Source of the DNA: Eledone cirrhosa
Taxonomy: Eukaryota
Reading direction: 5' to 3'
NCBI GenBank assembly: GCA_964016885.1
Contig: OZ024740.1
Span: 157,356,001-157,420,000, forward strand
Length of the DNA: 64,000 nucleotides
In this document: positions 10,245 through 23,284 of the stretch, piece by piece
Layout: every line of letters begins with the position of its first letter
How positions within the stretch are numbered: the stretch's first letter is position 1
Translations under genes and position numbers: made by a program
The notes under the pieces: generated by a model
What the model saw: the letters and a program-made list of their open reading frames with translations, nothing else
Told to the model about the DNA's origin: nothing
Database searches by the model: none

Positions 10245-10284
10245 TTTTAAATAAACTAAGTTAACTGAATATAGCATCCGATCT

Positions 10285-10376
<92 letters not shown>

Positions 10377-10421
10377 GGAAATAAACCAAAGAAGCCTTCA
10401 ATACATCAAAAGTCTTTATTA

Positions 10422-10459
10422 GCCAACAATGTTTCGTCCTATTAAGGACTCATCAGGGC
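10422..10459 (-). ncRNA. Minimal type I hammerhead ribozyme
   Basis: GCC-CUGAUGA-GUCC uuaaua GGAC-GAAA-C auu G-UU-GGC; canonical core. Confidence 0.88.
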
Positions 10460-12546
10460 AATTAAAGCTATAAGAAGCACTATCGGCCAATACAAGCCCA
10501 AAACTCAGAAGAATATGGAGTGTACTTACATTAAAGCATAGAAAAATTATCGGGTAAAAATTATCAAGTAAAAATTGCTAAGGAAGTGAATAACATTTTG
10601 AACCAAATTACAAATATAGTCCAATGCAAAAACTAAAGCTAAACAAAGGTGGTGATATAGAGCGGGAATTATTGTACTATATATAATATAATATAATATA
10701 ATATAAAATAATATAATTGATAATGACAATAATAATAATAATATTAAAAGGCCCAATATACATATATATATATATACATATGTACACATATATACATATA
10801 TATCAATACACATTTCCATCAATACAAGCACAAACTAACCCTTATTAAGAGTTTAAATATAAATAAGAATAATAAGAATAATAAGAATAATAAGAATAAA
10901 AATAAAAATAGAAATGAAAATAAAAATATAATACATATATTATTTACAGTATAAAATGAAGAAGAAATGATTAAAAGTAAACATATAATATATCATAATA
11001 AACTATATAATTATATAATAGATAATCTCCGGTTAATTTGCACAAACAATATAAATGTTACAATAACACTATAATAACAATATTATAATATAATGGCATA
11101 TAACTTAACAAATCATATAGAGTTACAGACCGGGTGAGAAAAAATATTGTACAGAACTAAATTATGTTGGAAAAATTATGTTGGGAAAATATCAAAACCA
11201 TTGCAAGAAAACAGATGGAGGTCACATTTCTCTACAATTGGTGTAAATAAATATTATCCAAACATTACAAAAATTATAAAAATATAAACATATTACAGAA
11301 TTTACAAAATTTAACATAACATAATGGTACATTTAATAATCGGTAAATAATAAAGATCAGTAGTACGTTTACAAAGAGTGGAATGATATAAAAATTTCAA
11401 TATAAAATATTGAACATAGTATAATATACATAATTACGTGGTTGGTGGACAGACATTTGTGAATAAGTGAATAAGAACCAGACAGAAAACTATGCACGGT
11501 AGTATAAATATATAAATAAAATCAACCGGAAATCGAAAAACAAAAACAAAAGTATTTACTTAGGTGTCACATGCAGTTAAGTAAAAAAAATTAGGAAACA
11601 AACCCGGATAAATGACTAGAAAACCCTATTAAATTAATTAATATTGAAAGTATTTAAAATACATAATAAGTCAATACAAAATTAGCTATGGTTTAAGTAA
11701 TCAAAAACTCCAAAGTTTAAGATATCACTATAAAAATATGTGGAAAAGAATGAAATATTCTACTATCAGTTGAATAACGTTATCTAATAAACGGACTTTA
11801 AGTAAAATTATGGTAGGCCAATGGGGACAGAAAAAATAAATGTATGGAGGATACGAAGGAGCATAAAATCATAATCAATATACTGTATTATACAATAGAA
11901 AGGAGCATAAAAGGGAATTGAATATAATTATAGTATATTTGAAGGGGCGAATGACAAGTGCGTGCGTGTGGGGGGAGGGAGTTAATTATCCAAAGAAGAG
12001 ACCAAATAAAATAAAATAAAATAAAATAATATAAAATAAAATATATAATCAGATATAAACTCATAAGGTGTTAATAGTGAAAATATAATATAGATATGGT
12101 ATGGTAGCCAAAGGACTATGAAAACTATTCTTATTTATATTTAAACTCTTAATAAGGGTTAGTTTGTGCTTGTATTGATGGAAATGTGTATTGATATATA
12201 TGTATATATGTGTACATATGTATATATATATATATATATATATGTATATTGGGCCTTTTAATATTATTATTATTATTGTCATTATCAATTATATTATTTT
12301 ATATTATATTATATTATATTATATATAGTACAATAATTCCCGCTCTATATCACCACCTTTGTTTAGCTTTAGTTTTTGCATTGGACTATATTTGTAATTT
12401 GGTTCAAAATGTTATTCACTTCCTTAGCAATTTTTACTTGATAATTTTTACCCGATAATTTTCCTATGCTTTAATGTATGTACACTCCATATTTTTCTGA
12501 GTTTTTTGGCTTGTATTGGCCGATAGTGCTTCTTATAGCTTTAATT

Positions 12547-12584
12547 GCCCTGATGAGTCCTTAATAGGACGAAACATCGTTGGC
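12547..12584 (+). ncRNA. Minimal type I hammerhead ribozyme
   Basis: GCC-CUGAUGA-GUCC uuaaua GGAC-GAAA-C auc G-UU-GGC. Confidence 0.88.
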
Positions 12585-12731
12585 TAATAAAGACTTTTGA
12601 TGTATTGAAGGCTTCTTTGGTTTATTTCCATAATTCTTCGGCTCTGTTTAATTACATTGAGCTATACCTTTACTGTCATTTCTATAATACGAAGAGGGTG
12701 TTTAACTCCAACACACTGTAGTATTGTAATT

Positions 12732-12788
<57 letters not shown>

Positions 12789-12790
<2 letters not shown>

Positions 12791-13420
12791 CTGAACAAAA
12801 AGGAAAAACGAACACAGACATATATATATATGTGTGTGTTCAAATCGTAATGGACCAAAATCGCTAAGGTGATAAAAATACTAACTACAGACAATAGGGT
12901 TTGCTGGACTCAATTTAAGAACAAATTAAGGAAAATAAATAGAAACCAGTATTGTGGTAACTACCATCACCCAGAAGGTCTCTGATATAACCGTTTCGCA
13001 ATATTATTTGCGAAGAGAAATACCAAATTCCAGGCTCATCAGCAGGTGTTGAAATTAGTATACTCCTCACTTCTAAATCAAATAGAAAACTGGAATTGTG
13101 TGTGTATATATAACGCACATGGTTTCCGAACTTAGCGTGTCGCGTAGACTTACGCCACTAAAAATAGCAGCCGGGTCTACACGACATTTGAAATAGCTCT
13201 ACGAATTAACGGAGCCGAATATATCAAAAGTTTGTATTGAGTTAGAAACTCAAAATAGTCTCATTACAGTAAATTAGCTCTAGGAAAAAGGCTTTTCCGA
13301 GCCGTATATAACTGAACAAAAAGGAAAAAACGAACACAGATATATATATAGTTAGTATTATTATTATTATATGTAGTTAGTATTTTTTTCACCTTAGCGA
13401 TTTTGGTCCATTACGATTTT
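12789..13420. mobile_element. Second Penelope-like remnant with direct and inverted terminal segments and a hammerhead-like core
   Basis: Direct repeat 12789-12818 / 13310-13340; inverted repeat 12842-12889 / 13372-13419; minus strand CUGAUGAGC...GCGAAAC at 13042-12993. Confidence 0.55.
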
Positions 13421-15887
13421 ATATATATGTCTACCAACAACCACCCTATCTCCCACAGTTCCAGTATCTGGGTGTTCTGCCATCAATAACCCTATCTCTC
13501 ACTTCTAAAAGCTGAAATATAGTGGTAATTCGACCTGCTAGAAGTAGCAATCAAATCCTCTTCATCACACTTTACATTTTAAAAAATAAGGAAGGGCACA
13601 TTTGATAATGAAAAAATACAGGATGAATACAAGTGAAACTCCTAGACTTGATCAAGTCTGTTCATGGAGTAAACAACAACTACAACAACTACAACAATAA
13701 CAGTTATCTATCTTTCTTCTGTTGTGGCAGAACTTTCTTTGTCTCTTCACATCATTGCAGCCTGTCTGTTGTTATTAACTCGATTGTTATCAACCCGCAT
13801 TCTACCGGTTCCAGTGCATCTCAATATCGGACTCAGCTCTATACCACTCACACTCTTCCTTCTTTATATAATGAACAGCCTCTACATATGACCAGGAGCT
13901 GTCTGTGGAACTAGGGAGGGGCACCCCCCACCCACCCCCACCCCCACCCCCGTCTTCCCAACAATTATATTTTTCTCCTCCAAACTATCAAAACACATAT
14001 ATTTATGCACAGGTTATGTTTATCGCATATCGAAGATTTTTATATCTTGGTTGATATTTGATAATTACAGCTAAACTAATCACTACGACTAAATTGACTA
14101 AATTTGCCCGCCCCCACTAACTCAGAAATGCTTCCACCGTCCCAGTTTATGATAGTTTTATTAACAATCATCTTTGAAAACCTCCTTCACTTACTTGACA
14201 AACAGATGCAGTCACTACACATATCAAAACAAATACACGTGCAACGCTGCACATTCTTTATTCATGAACAACACAGAGATAAACCTTTATAATTTCTGAA
14301 GCCCTCTCATTGCGTCTAGAAATTAATACCCAGACCAGCCAACCTCTAAAAACCCAAACAAGGAGTACCAAGTGCCCCAAAACGGGGAGAGACGAGGCAA
14401 AATAGGGAGATTTTACATAATGAAAGCTATACCAATTTTCACAAGAGAAAACATCTCTCACCCACACCAAAGTGGGTGGGAGATCACCCCGTCGGACGGG
14501 GAGAGTGGACAGGTCTGCAGAGATAAACCTTTATAATCTCTGAAGCTCTCTCATTGTGTCTAGAAATTAATACTTGAGCCAACAACAGCAACAACAACCA
14601 GTCATGTTCTGTTATTGATTTAATTGAGGGTGGTTTCCTCCTTCTTCTGAAAATAATAAATAATTCATCTGACCTCATAACAATGTTAGAAATTAATATT
14701 AGTGTTATATAATTCCGATCAGTGTTCGATCCCACTGAGTGACACCTTGAGCACGTGACATTTACTATAGCCTCGGTTTGGCCAGTACCTTGTAAGGATT
14801 TATTTGAAGTTCAGTGTCTAAATTTATGTTACACCTGTGTAACACAAAATTCAGTGTTGTTTGTGTTGTGTCCTTTTGTCAGAAGCCTACTATACATATT
14901 TACGTATGTATGTGTGTTCTGTGTCCTTGCCTCTGCAATTATGTTGTGTCCCTAGATCCTTCATGACTTTTGTCAAATAGCAGCCGGGAATATAAGCACC
15001 AGACTAAAATAATTATTAGGTGGACTAAACGGTGGATGGCCTGAAATCAATAAAAGGATATGAGATTAGTGGCTAGAGGAGTGGCGTGACAAATGCAATA
15101 AAGGACAAAACTATGTTCTTGTTGGTATTTAGTCATAAGATTTTATTACGGACCCGCAACTTCTGGTGGAGTCGTAGAGGCATTGTAGTGAAATTCTTGG
15201 GTATTTTAAACCTGGAGGAACCCACTCTCTCCAGATCTGAACACAGCCGAATTCTTTCAGAGAAAAATAGAGAATGTGAGATACTGAAGAGATATAGAAG
15301 ACGAATCGATCCCATTACTGGTGATTCTTTTTTATTGATCTTGAAATGATGAAAGACAAAGTAGACCTCGGCGGAATTTGAACTGGTAGCACAGAGAGCC
15401 GGAATGAATATTTCAAAGCATTCTACTCGACGTTCTAACGAACCCCCTCCCATTTCGTCGCGTATAGTCATAAGTTTACAGAAATGAAATTTTAAAAAAA
15501 TGCATCCTTCTACGTACGATAATTTTCCCTCACCTAATTGGCAATACACCAACATTATAATACTCTTGCTCTTCATTCTGCCAAATAAGTTTAAGTTTTA
15601 TCCATATCTGAACTTGCTTTGACAGTCTCTACAGCTAGCCCATATTGAAAATATATAGCAGACTATATAATTATAATGAGATCAATCAATAGCTTTTAAA
15701 AGCAAATAATTTGGCAATCTGGAAAAAAATCTATTAGTTATAGTAGACATTATTGAAAAGCTTACTAACACTACAATTAAAAGGATGAAAATTGTGTACG
15801 AGATGTATGCTTATTAAATTTTAGTTATTAAAGTACATAAATTTGAGGTAATTCTAGGCTGCAGTAAACTAAATAGTGATAAATAAT

Positions 15888-15996
15888 AATAATTGTTTCT
15901 ACTTTAGGCACAAGGCCAGCAATTACCTAGTGCATTACTGGTACATTTTATCGACCCCGTAAGGATAAAAGGCAAAGTCAACCACAGCGGGATTTG
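15888..15996 (-). mobile_element. SINE fragment
   Basis: Reverse complement of the SINE core and tail. Confidence 0.8.
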
Positions 15997-15999
15997 ATA

Positions 16000-16600
16000 A
16001 ATAATAATAATGAAATATTGTGTACAGTGCTCAGGTGCACTACAACTCATCAAAAAGTGTATGTATAGTACATAGGGTAATGTACAAACGTCAGGAAAAT
16101 GAACAGTGCATGAGTCATGATATACACATGTGTGCATGTGTATGGAAGGGGTAGATCAGGTGTAGTTTTGGCGTATTTCGGGAAGCATGAGTGTCTTAAA
16201 GGATGTAGTGTCTCGGCAGCTAACAACTGCTTCAGCAACTCTGAGCGTGAAAAAATGTCTACGAAAGTCATAGGAGCTGTGCTGTTTTCTGATTTTGTAG
16301 GCATGTCCACGTGTGTTAGACACATGGAGATCAAAAAGGTGCTCAGAGTTGTTGTTGGCGAGATGGTTAATAACTTTGTGGGTATTTACCAAGTCCATTG
16401 CCAGACGTCGGAGCTTCAATTAATCCATGCCCAGGGAAGCAAGGCGTTCAGAGTATGGTAGGTGTCTGATGGAGGGTATGCGCTTGCTTGCACGTCTCTG
16501 AACAGTTTCCAGGCTGTCAATGTTCTGAGCAAGATAGGGGTTCCAGACTGATGATGCGAATTCCAAGTGTGGTCGTACCATAGCTGTATACAGTTTTAAA
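16000..16600 (-). mobile_element. CR1-type LINE 3' end
   Basis: LYTAMVRPHLEFASSVWNPY, LETVQRRASKRI, YSERL, TRGHAYKI, RRHFFTLRV; (ATT)n tail. Confidence 0.88.
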
Positions 16601-17545
16601 GTCTCAGATTGAGCTCGACCTACAAGTAAATCAGGACCAGGTATGCGGATACTATTGCATCCAAATTCAGAGAACTCCCGGAGCAAATTGAGAACAAAGT
16701 AGAGATTGTTCAGCTCACCAATTTTTGCTTAAGATGTTAAATGATGCGGGCGAAAGCGGTTTGGTTAAATCAAGTGATCAAAGATGTCATCCGAGCAAAG
16801 AAGGGGGCTTACAAAGCTTGGTTAGTAAATATGTCCTCCTTCTTGCACTTGCGTTTCAATCAGAAGTGAAAAGTTGCAGTAGAGACAGTAGAGGCGTCGA
16901 AAGTTTAGACTTTGGTGTTACGCTGGACTCCGACTTCAGATCTGCAAATAAATATTCTGGCAGACCATCCCCGACTTCGTAATAAGTGAGGTGCATCCTC
17001 GTGAGGTACAGAGAATACTTTGCTGATCTCCTAACCCGGTGACAACAGTATATTCTGATGTACTTGACGTACATCTAGGAGCGATAACTATCCTTTCGGA
17101 TGCTGAAGTCACAAGAGAAATTACAGGACTCAAACATAGCAAGGTCTCTGGGAGTAATGGAATTCGGCCCGGGATGTTAAAAGCCTTAAATAGAGAGGGC
17201 ATTTTGTGACTGATACGTGTGTGCTCAGTGGCATGGATCTCTGGAAAGGGAGTGATAATTCCAATTTTCAAAATGTCTATGCTAAATGTCTCGCAGAGGG
17301 GTGTAGGGATATTGTCGAATCCAAGCTGCCTGACGAACCGAGTGATTTTCGCTGTGGACGCAGCACAGCCGAACAAATATTCACACTTCTGCAGGTCTTT
17401 GAGAAGTCGTAGGACTATTGCCAAGAGGAGTATGTCTGTTTCGTACACTTGAAAAGGGCATAAGATCACGTTCCACTCGGCCTCTTGTGGAAGGTTCTGC
17501 AAAAGTATGGGATAGATGGACAGCTTCTTGTTTCCCTGATGTCTT
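16600..17545 (+). mobile_element. Degenerate RTE (Expander/Rex3-like) LINE fragment
   Basis: FRSANK, FRCGRSTAEQIFTL; homologous to 43830-44813. Confidence 0.75.
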
Positions 17546-19483
17546 TATTATTCTAGTATATTTAGGTATTCCGGTTGGTACGTTTCAAGCAGTTGGAACT
17601 GCCGAAGTAGCTTTGTAAGGCTTTAACAATTTCGTTTTATAACGAATACTGCCATGTAATTCCATTGTTCACCAAAGATGCCATTTCATTTACCACTAAC
17701 AGTACTGAGCAGGACCTTCTCAAGAAATCGAGCTTAACTGCACGAGCCGGGGGGGGGGGGGGGGGGGGGGGGCATAAATGACTACTGTTCTAAAGGTGCC
17801 GGTTTCGCTGTTTTTCACACTCACGGGATCACCGACTTACCATCTGGATTTAAGTTCGTTCATATTTCGAAATACAGTTCTTTCTGAATACATATTGTCA
17901 CAGCACTCCACCGGGACCGACCGATAAATGCGTAAAATTGTTCCTGCCGGGAAGAAACGTGGGTTACTGCGTGCCGAAGATCGTCTTACAAATGATTTTA
18001 AGTCGGTGAACAAAACCTTACTTCCAAGCTGATACCAAGCTTTCGTTATACAGTATACTCTTAGTACCACCATATTGGTAAAATAACAGTGAGAGATATC
18101 ATTTCATTTATTTTGATTTTGGTAAGGTCGTAAATTCGAGGTCCAGATCGGATGCTCTTTGATACAGTAAGGCACTTTTATTTCACGTTCTTCCAGACCA
18201 CTCAGTTGGAAATTGAATGCCAGCGACAGACGGCCATTCTGCCGAGTATGGAATTTTTACTCTCAGTTGCTTATTATCTTATGACACTGGCAGAAGCTCC
18301 AATCTGATAGGCTTCTTAGGCTCAAGAGAGACTAACCATTTTTTAAATACATTTCGATTGATCATATCTTTAATTATCTTCGGGTGTCCTAACTAGACTT
18401 GTATATATAGCTCTCTATTAGATTTGAATTAAAACCCTATATTTCTAGACTGTAATCAAATTAAGGTTCTTACTCGGTCCAATGAGATGTATTCGTTTCA
18501 TTGACAGTTAGTTTAAATATCATGTATACGTCACTGTATTTCCTCCGTCTCTAAATGTATTTATTCACTTTTAAGTCTTGCCATAAGTGGTAATATGCTC
18601 CGTTGACGAGGTCTAACAAGTTTGAAATATGCTCGTTACTTTTGCAAAATAGCTTTAAAGACGAGACCAGTCAATACTGAATTGTCATTACTTCCCCGAA
18701 ATTTGAATTAGCTAATATTTCATAAGTTATCTCCCTTGCATTTTTAAATTCATTATTTTAAACAGGCCCGGCGAACATTTTTGTCAACTAATTGCTTGAA
18801 TAATATCCTTTAATCGAAGTTTTTCAACTCAATACATTGCATACCTGAGAACCTGCCGTGTGTGAAATCACCATCCTGAATACTTGCCTTAAGTATTTTC
18901 CCTCAGCCCTTTTAATACCTGTAAGCTGTGACGCCGTTCATAAGAATGCCGTATTTGTAGCACTAGTGTGTGTTGCGTATGTGTGCGTGCGTATGCGCAT
19001 GTGTGTGTGTGAGTGTGTGTATGTTGTGTAAATGTACTAAATATCACAATATTTATTTCTCTTCTTTCGTGCACAAAGGTACATAACTTGAATATATAAG
19101 GCCTATTAAGGGAAATAATTCAATATTTTGCAACAGGATTACTTCCCTTCCGTTAATCATCGTAATGTTAACATGTTCAATTTAAATGTTAGTGTTGCAA
19201 CGTTATCAACTTTATTTCTTTGATTACACCTGCACGCAGACAATTTCAGGAATAAACATACCCCCCCCCCCCCCAATAAAAACATTGCTGGCCTTGTGCC
19301 TATAGTGGAAAGCATTAAAAATTACTCTTTAGTCTAATACTGCGAATTTTCACAACTATCTGCCGAAACGATAGATGCTATAAACATTTGAATTAACAAA
19401 CCCGTTTTTAAATAAATCACCAAACACGTTTCAACCTGTAAATCTTTACAGGTTGTTAAGAATTAATGTGAATGAAATCAAAT

Positions 19484-19554
<71 letters not shown>

Positions 19555-19745
19555 AGGAGGAGGAGGAGGAGGAGGAGGAGGGGGAGGGGGAGGAGTAGAA
19601 GGAGAAGAAGAAGAAGAAGAAGAAGAAGAAGAAGAAGAAGAAGAAGAAGAAGAAGAAGAAGAAGGAGGAGGAGGAGGAGGAGGAGGAGAAGAAGAAGAAG
19701 AAGAAGAAGAAGAAGAAGAAGAAGAAGAAGAAGAAGAAGAAGAAG
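19484..19745. repeat. (GTC)n(GGA)n(GAA)n compound trinucleotide repeat
   Basis: Directly visible; shorter versions at 25134-25198 and 30261-30322. Confidence 0.95.
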
Positions 19746-20189
19746 GCTCTCCCCTTCTACCGAGAGAGGAACTTGTTCCATATAACGTTACAGGTGATAT
19801 TTGATAGGAAATCTTTGCTGGAATTGTTCTCCACGCAATACAATGCCTATATCAATAAATATCAACACCTATTTTTTACCTCCGTACAATTGGGTAAGTA
19901 TTCCACAGAAACGAGTACACTTAACGTGGGGATTCAGTGTGAGACAGTAAGTACGATATTTTTCTTTTAATCTCAATTTATTAACCATTTAATTTTATAA
20001 CGTCCCACTTTCAGATTTCCTTTTTGCCTGCTTTCTACCTAGCCTTATTTCATACACATTCCTTAGAATTTGCTGTAGATTAAATAGTAGAGTGGGATAA
20101 TAATGGGATGGCTCAAACGACATGCAAAAGTACCTGAAATATTGACCATACTTAAATTTGGAATGATACGCGATCTCCCCCCCCCCCCC

Positions 20190-20800
20190 CCTCTCCCAAC
20201 AGCCCCGGGCGTACACGATGGAGAAGGCGTTTCCCCGGAGGACGGCAAGGGAGACGCGCTGGAAAAGCCACTCCAACTCGCGGGGCTCACACCTGCGGCT
20301 GGCCAGCTCAGCGCCTATAGTGGTGAGTAGGGAGGTAGCCCTAGGGTCGAGGACACTAGAAGTCTCCACTGCCAGGGGTACAACCGCAAACCTGTCGGAG
20401 AGCGACCGGTATTTGAGGAGTTTGGCCCCCTCAGCCCGACATGCAGCAGAACCTGGGTTAGTCGCAGACTGCACCAGGTTGCGGCTGTAGAAAGAGTCGG
20501 CGTAAGTGGCATCTCAGACGAGGGGTTTGCCACCGCGAAACGGGAAGATGGTCATGCCATCTGGCCTTTTGCCGTCTCCTCGGTCCAACCCCACCGGCTC
20601 GAGCTGGGAAGGGAAGCCTGCAGCGTCCAAGCCATGCTTTATGACCTCGTTCAGGGCAGCATGGCGTGGAAGGCGGCTGGCACTGTGGGGACAGGAAAGC
20701 GGGTGGAGGCCGAAAGAGTCCACGCTGGATCCGCAGCGACATTGGTGTAGCTCGCAGATCCGGAAGCCAAGCCTCAAGCCTGGTAGTTTGTAATACAGGC
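20190..20800 (-). mobile_element. CRE-clade LINE C-terminal fragment (zinc knuckle + RLE), copy 1
   Basis: LRLG..CRCG..GLHPLSC..RHAALN..EPVGL..KRPDG..VETS..QRVSLAVLRGNA. Confidence 0.85.
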
Positions 20801-20829
20801 ACATCTCATTTATTATCGACTGAGCTTGA

Positions 20830-21570
20830 GCAATCAATTAATCCATGCTCATCAGTTCATTGGCCGGCAGATGTTACACCCTCACTGATATCTCATCGGG
20901 TAAGTCATTCACGAACACCAGCCGTACAGCCTTTTCCATACCTTCACCTGTAAATCCAGACAGTGTGACCACCTCACCTTTCCTAGTTTGGCAAATGCAG
21001 CGTACGACCCATCTGTGAACGAGTCTGTAGCAGTGGCCTCCCTTGTTGTGACTCACAACCCCAATAGATTAACAACATCTAGACGGGAAGTACAACCCTT
21101 TCTGTAACTTCCGGCAGAGCCCTATAAAACGAATAGCTTTCGGCTCTCTCCCTCTCATTAGCCCTTCCGGCGCCTGGCCTTCGCCAGGCGTTTTCTGCCA
21201 GCCTGCGTTTGCCTGGCAATCAAAACGGTAACTACTAACTTTGCTTCATTCTTTCGTTTATTCATTGACATGTCAACTATACTGTTAAATTGTTGATTAA
21301 ATATTATACACACAAACCATGTCTCCTTGTTACATTCATACACGCTAGTTATTCGCTATAAGTCCCTTAGGCGCCATTCAATCTTCTCTGCGTCCAGTTG
21401 GTCTGCTTCATCCATCTTGAGGTACAACGCCGATGCATTTTCCTCCAAGTACAATGCCATGAGACCTACCACACTTTTTATACCTTACAACCTGGTCATC
21501 ACCTTGATCTTTCGAATCCAGGCGATTACATCTCCCTCGCTACAGAAGAGTTTGATGGCATCACTACTTT
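20830..21570 (-). mobile_element. LTR-retrotransposon gag-like fragment, copy 1, split by a solo LTR
   Basis: GDVIAWIRKIKV..LYLEENASALY..RDSFTDG..VRLVFVNDLPDEIS. Confidence 0.65.
21026..21360. mobile_element. Solo LTR (335 bp) with 4-bp TSD AGTC
   Basis: Termini TGTAGC...GCTATA; AGTC at 21022-21025 and 21361-21364; absent from units 2 and 3; internal TATAAAA. Confidence 0.85.
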
Positions 21571-23173
21571 GTCGACATATTGTCTGTGGGCCAGAGAAGA
21601 GAGACATGTCGAAATAGCTTGTAGTAAGGGAAAAAAACACTGCTCACCTACCTCGCGGTTCGTCTCTTGTCGTTCATTTTGTCCAGATGGGGTATACCCG
21701 TGTGTGCTCTACCTGCCTAATTTCTGGCCAGAACCTAACAACATATATAGCGAAGACACGCGGCAAAACATGTCCGTTGGACACGACAGTCCGAAACGCA
21801 GAGACACACCACATTGGTCCTACTTTCCCTTACGTGACGTCATTCGCCCTTATTCTTCTGGCAAAGCCATCCAGCCCCATGACGTCACTGACCTTTATAC
21901 TTCTTTGAAAGTGGTTAAACGATATAAATGTTACTTATTGGTGTATTAACTGGGTACTCAATCGCTGTAATGAAATACCAAAACAAGACTGAAACTAATC
22001 TGGTTGATCCCTCTCTTTGTGTCCATGAAGACATTGTATATACTAACTAGGTGTTTACATCAGTCTATACATACATTATTGGGGAAAAGTCTTTGGATAT
22101 ACTTTATAGTACAATATTGCATGGGCGCAAAACACTATTATCGTACCGGTGGTAAGAAACTCTCAGGAGAGCTGGACAGCATAAGGTCTTTATTGTAAAT
22201 TCGAAAGGGCCTGGAGCTTCAACTGTTATGGGAACTACGTCGGGTGTCCCTTGGGGATTAGTGGCTCTGAACGTTAAGTTTCATAACAACTTTCCTTGCT
22301 CTCATTGGTATGGTGATTAATATTTTAGTTCCAAAGCTGGCTAATATCTTCCTTACCGAGTATTGTTATATGAAACTGACAAACATAATAAGAACTTGTT
22401 GATCGGGCAAAAACTGTTGTCTAAGATTAAAAGGGATCGATTTTCACAGTATTACCACTCAATTATTATTAAAGGTTTGTTTTGTCTATTGAGTCTTGCG
22501 TTAACTGCTGATTCTCTTTTTCTGTATTGGGTTCTATAATGCTGCTGAATAAATTTGTTTGGAACATGTTTTGTACATTATAATATTCATATAACTTGAC
22601 GACGTTGAAATCGAGGCTGACAGGGCCTCGTTTTGATTTCGTGCTTGCGCTAAAATTCTTCTTCCGGTCAGACATGTTTGCAATTTGTGACATACAAGCG
22701 CTAACTGATTTCAAGTAAAATTAATTATATAAACAAATTTAACTAAGGCATTTAATTAATAAATTAAAATAATAATTTAAAAAAAAAAAAAAATCTGTCG
22801 TCTGCGTCAACATCATACACATTGGAGACTCAGGAACGATGTTTCCCAACAGGAAGTAAGTGACATATTTAATCTCTCTACTGAATTCACGAATTAACTC
22901 CAGCTAATCTCTTTCTGAAAATTCTCCATTTCACACTAATATTCATGTTGCTTTGCATATTTTATTTCCTAGACGTTTTATATATGTATGTGTCTTTGTT
23001 CGACAGCAGCACTACTAACACAGCGTGATTTAGAATTATAAACTTGCTAAATACTACTATTTTGGGATCGAAATGTTTCTTATATATATAAGAAACACAC
23101 ACACATATATATGTGTGTCTGTGTGGCTGTTATATAATATTTCTTTTGTGTGTATGTATTTATATATATATAA

Positions 23174-23206
<33 letters not shown>

Positions 23207-23284
23207 ACTACACGTGTCTCCTCCAAGAAACAAATTTCTTCCGTTTTCTTTTACACTCGTCTATCTCTTTCTTCTCTCTCTCTC

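Larger units (their letters stand above)
10373..12733. mobile_element. Non-coding Penelope-like element with ~500-bp inverted arms, each carrying a hammerhead ribozyme, inserted in (TA)n
   Basis: 10373-10871 is the near-identical reverse complement of 12126-12633; long (TA)n tracts on both flanks. Confidence 0.8.

Noticed and set aside
10547-12458. Hydrophobic 82-94 aa ORFs in the inverted arms
   Set aside because: AT-rich low-complexity sequence; duplicated only because the arms are.
14274-14575. ~55-bp direct repeat (14274 and 14518)
   Set aside because: No LTR, TSD or other supporting structure.
15086-15576. Overlapping 87- and 147-aa ORFs; PITGD resembles the mariner ITGDE motif
   Set aside because: No further motifs; at most a heavily decayed transposon.
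18600-18640. Hammerhead-like TTGACGAG...TGAAA
   Set aside because: Core and stem II are too degenerate to call.
19446-19804. Poly-R/poly-L/poly-E ORFs
   Set aside because: They are translations of a compound trinucleotide microsatellite.
21398-21949. 179-183 aa plus-strand ORF in each tandem unit
   Set aside because: Antisense to a gag remnant, and the frame differs between copies.
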